A stretch of DNA of 64,000 bases from Chiloscyllium plagiosum (Eukaryota). The position numbers and the translations under genes were made by a program. The stretch is from NCBI RefSeq assembly GCF_004010195.1, contig NC_057749.1, positions 8,903,787 to 8,967,786 on the forward strand, in the 5' to 3' direction. Below are positions 63,846 to 64,000 of the stretch, piece after piece. How positions within the stretch are numbered: position 1 is the first letter of the stretch; each line of letters begins with the position of its first letter. The notes under the pieces were generated by a model. That model was given only the letters and a program-made list of their open reading frames with translations. It was not told where the DNA came from and did not search any database.

Positions 63846-64000
63846 AGGGAGAAAGTGAGGTCTGCAGATGCTGGAGATCAGAGCTGAAAATGTATTGCTG
63901 GAAAAGCGCAGCAGGTCAGGCAGCATCCAGGGAACAGGAGAATCGACGTTTCGGGCATAAGCCCTTCTTCAGGAACGAGGAAAGTTTGTCCAGCAGGCTA
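63846..64000 (-). mobile_element. Penelope-like pseudo-LTR running off the window end
   Basis: Near reverse complement of 12560-12710. Confidence 0.8.
63945..63972 (-). ncRNA. Hammerhead core in PLE pseudo-LTR
   Basis: Minus strand reads CTGAAGA-A-GGGC-ttat-GCCC-GAAA-CGTC; stem I is weak. Confidence 0.7.

Noticed and set aside
60800..64000. Exons or promoter of a downstream gene such as CLK3
   Set aside because: Mostly SINE/LINE/PLE fragments; no recognisable coding sequence or CpG island.

Overview
Eukaryotic, repeat-rich vertebrate DNA. The SINE/LINE complement (HE1-type V-SINEs, HER1/CR1 LINEs, Penelope-like elements) points to a shark or other elasmobranch; this is an inference. The only host gene found is the 3' part of ARID3B on the + strand: five coding exons with canonical AG/GT ends (28194-28377, 32533-32777, 40372-40623, 45822-45911, 48213-48352) that splice in frame to about 303 aa covering the ARID/eARID and REKLES domains. 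The 5' exons were not found, so 1-28193 is probably one large intron. Most ORFs in the track are spurious or transposon-derived. Highlights: (1) several Penelope-like families carry minimal hammerhead-ribozyme motifs, often as foldback inserts, with one near-perfect copy sense to the pre-mRNA at 12580-12615; (2) there is evidence for a TE-inflated ~12.4-kb ARID3B 3' UTR with seven let-7 seed sites and a well-formed poly(A) site at 60768; (3) a perfect 95-bp inverted repeat of unrecognised sequence lies in that region; (4) an intronic 33-bp minisatellite is built of phased CCAAT boxes. TE boundaries are approximate and all counts were made by eye.
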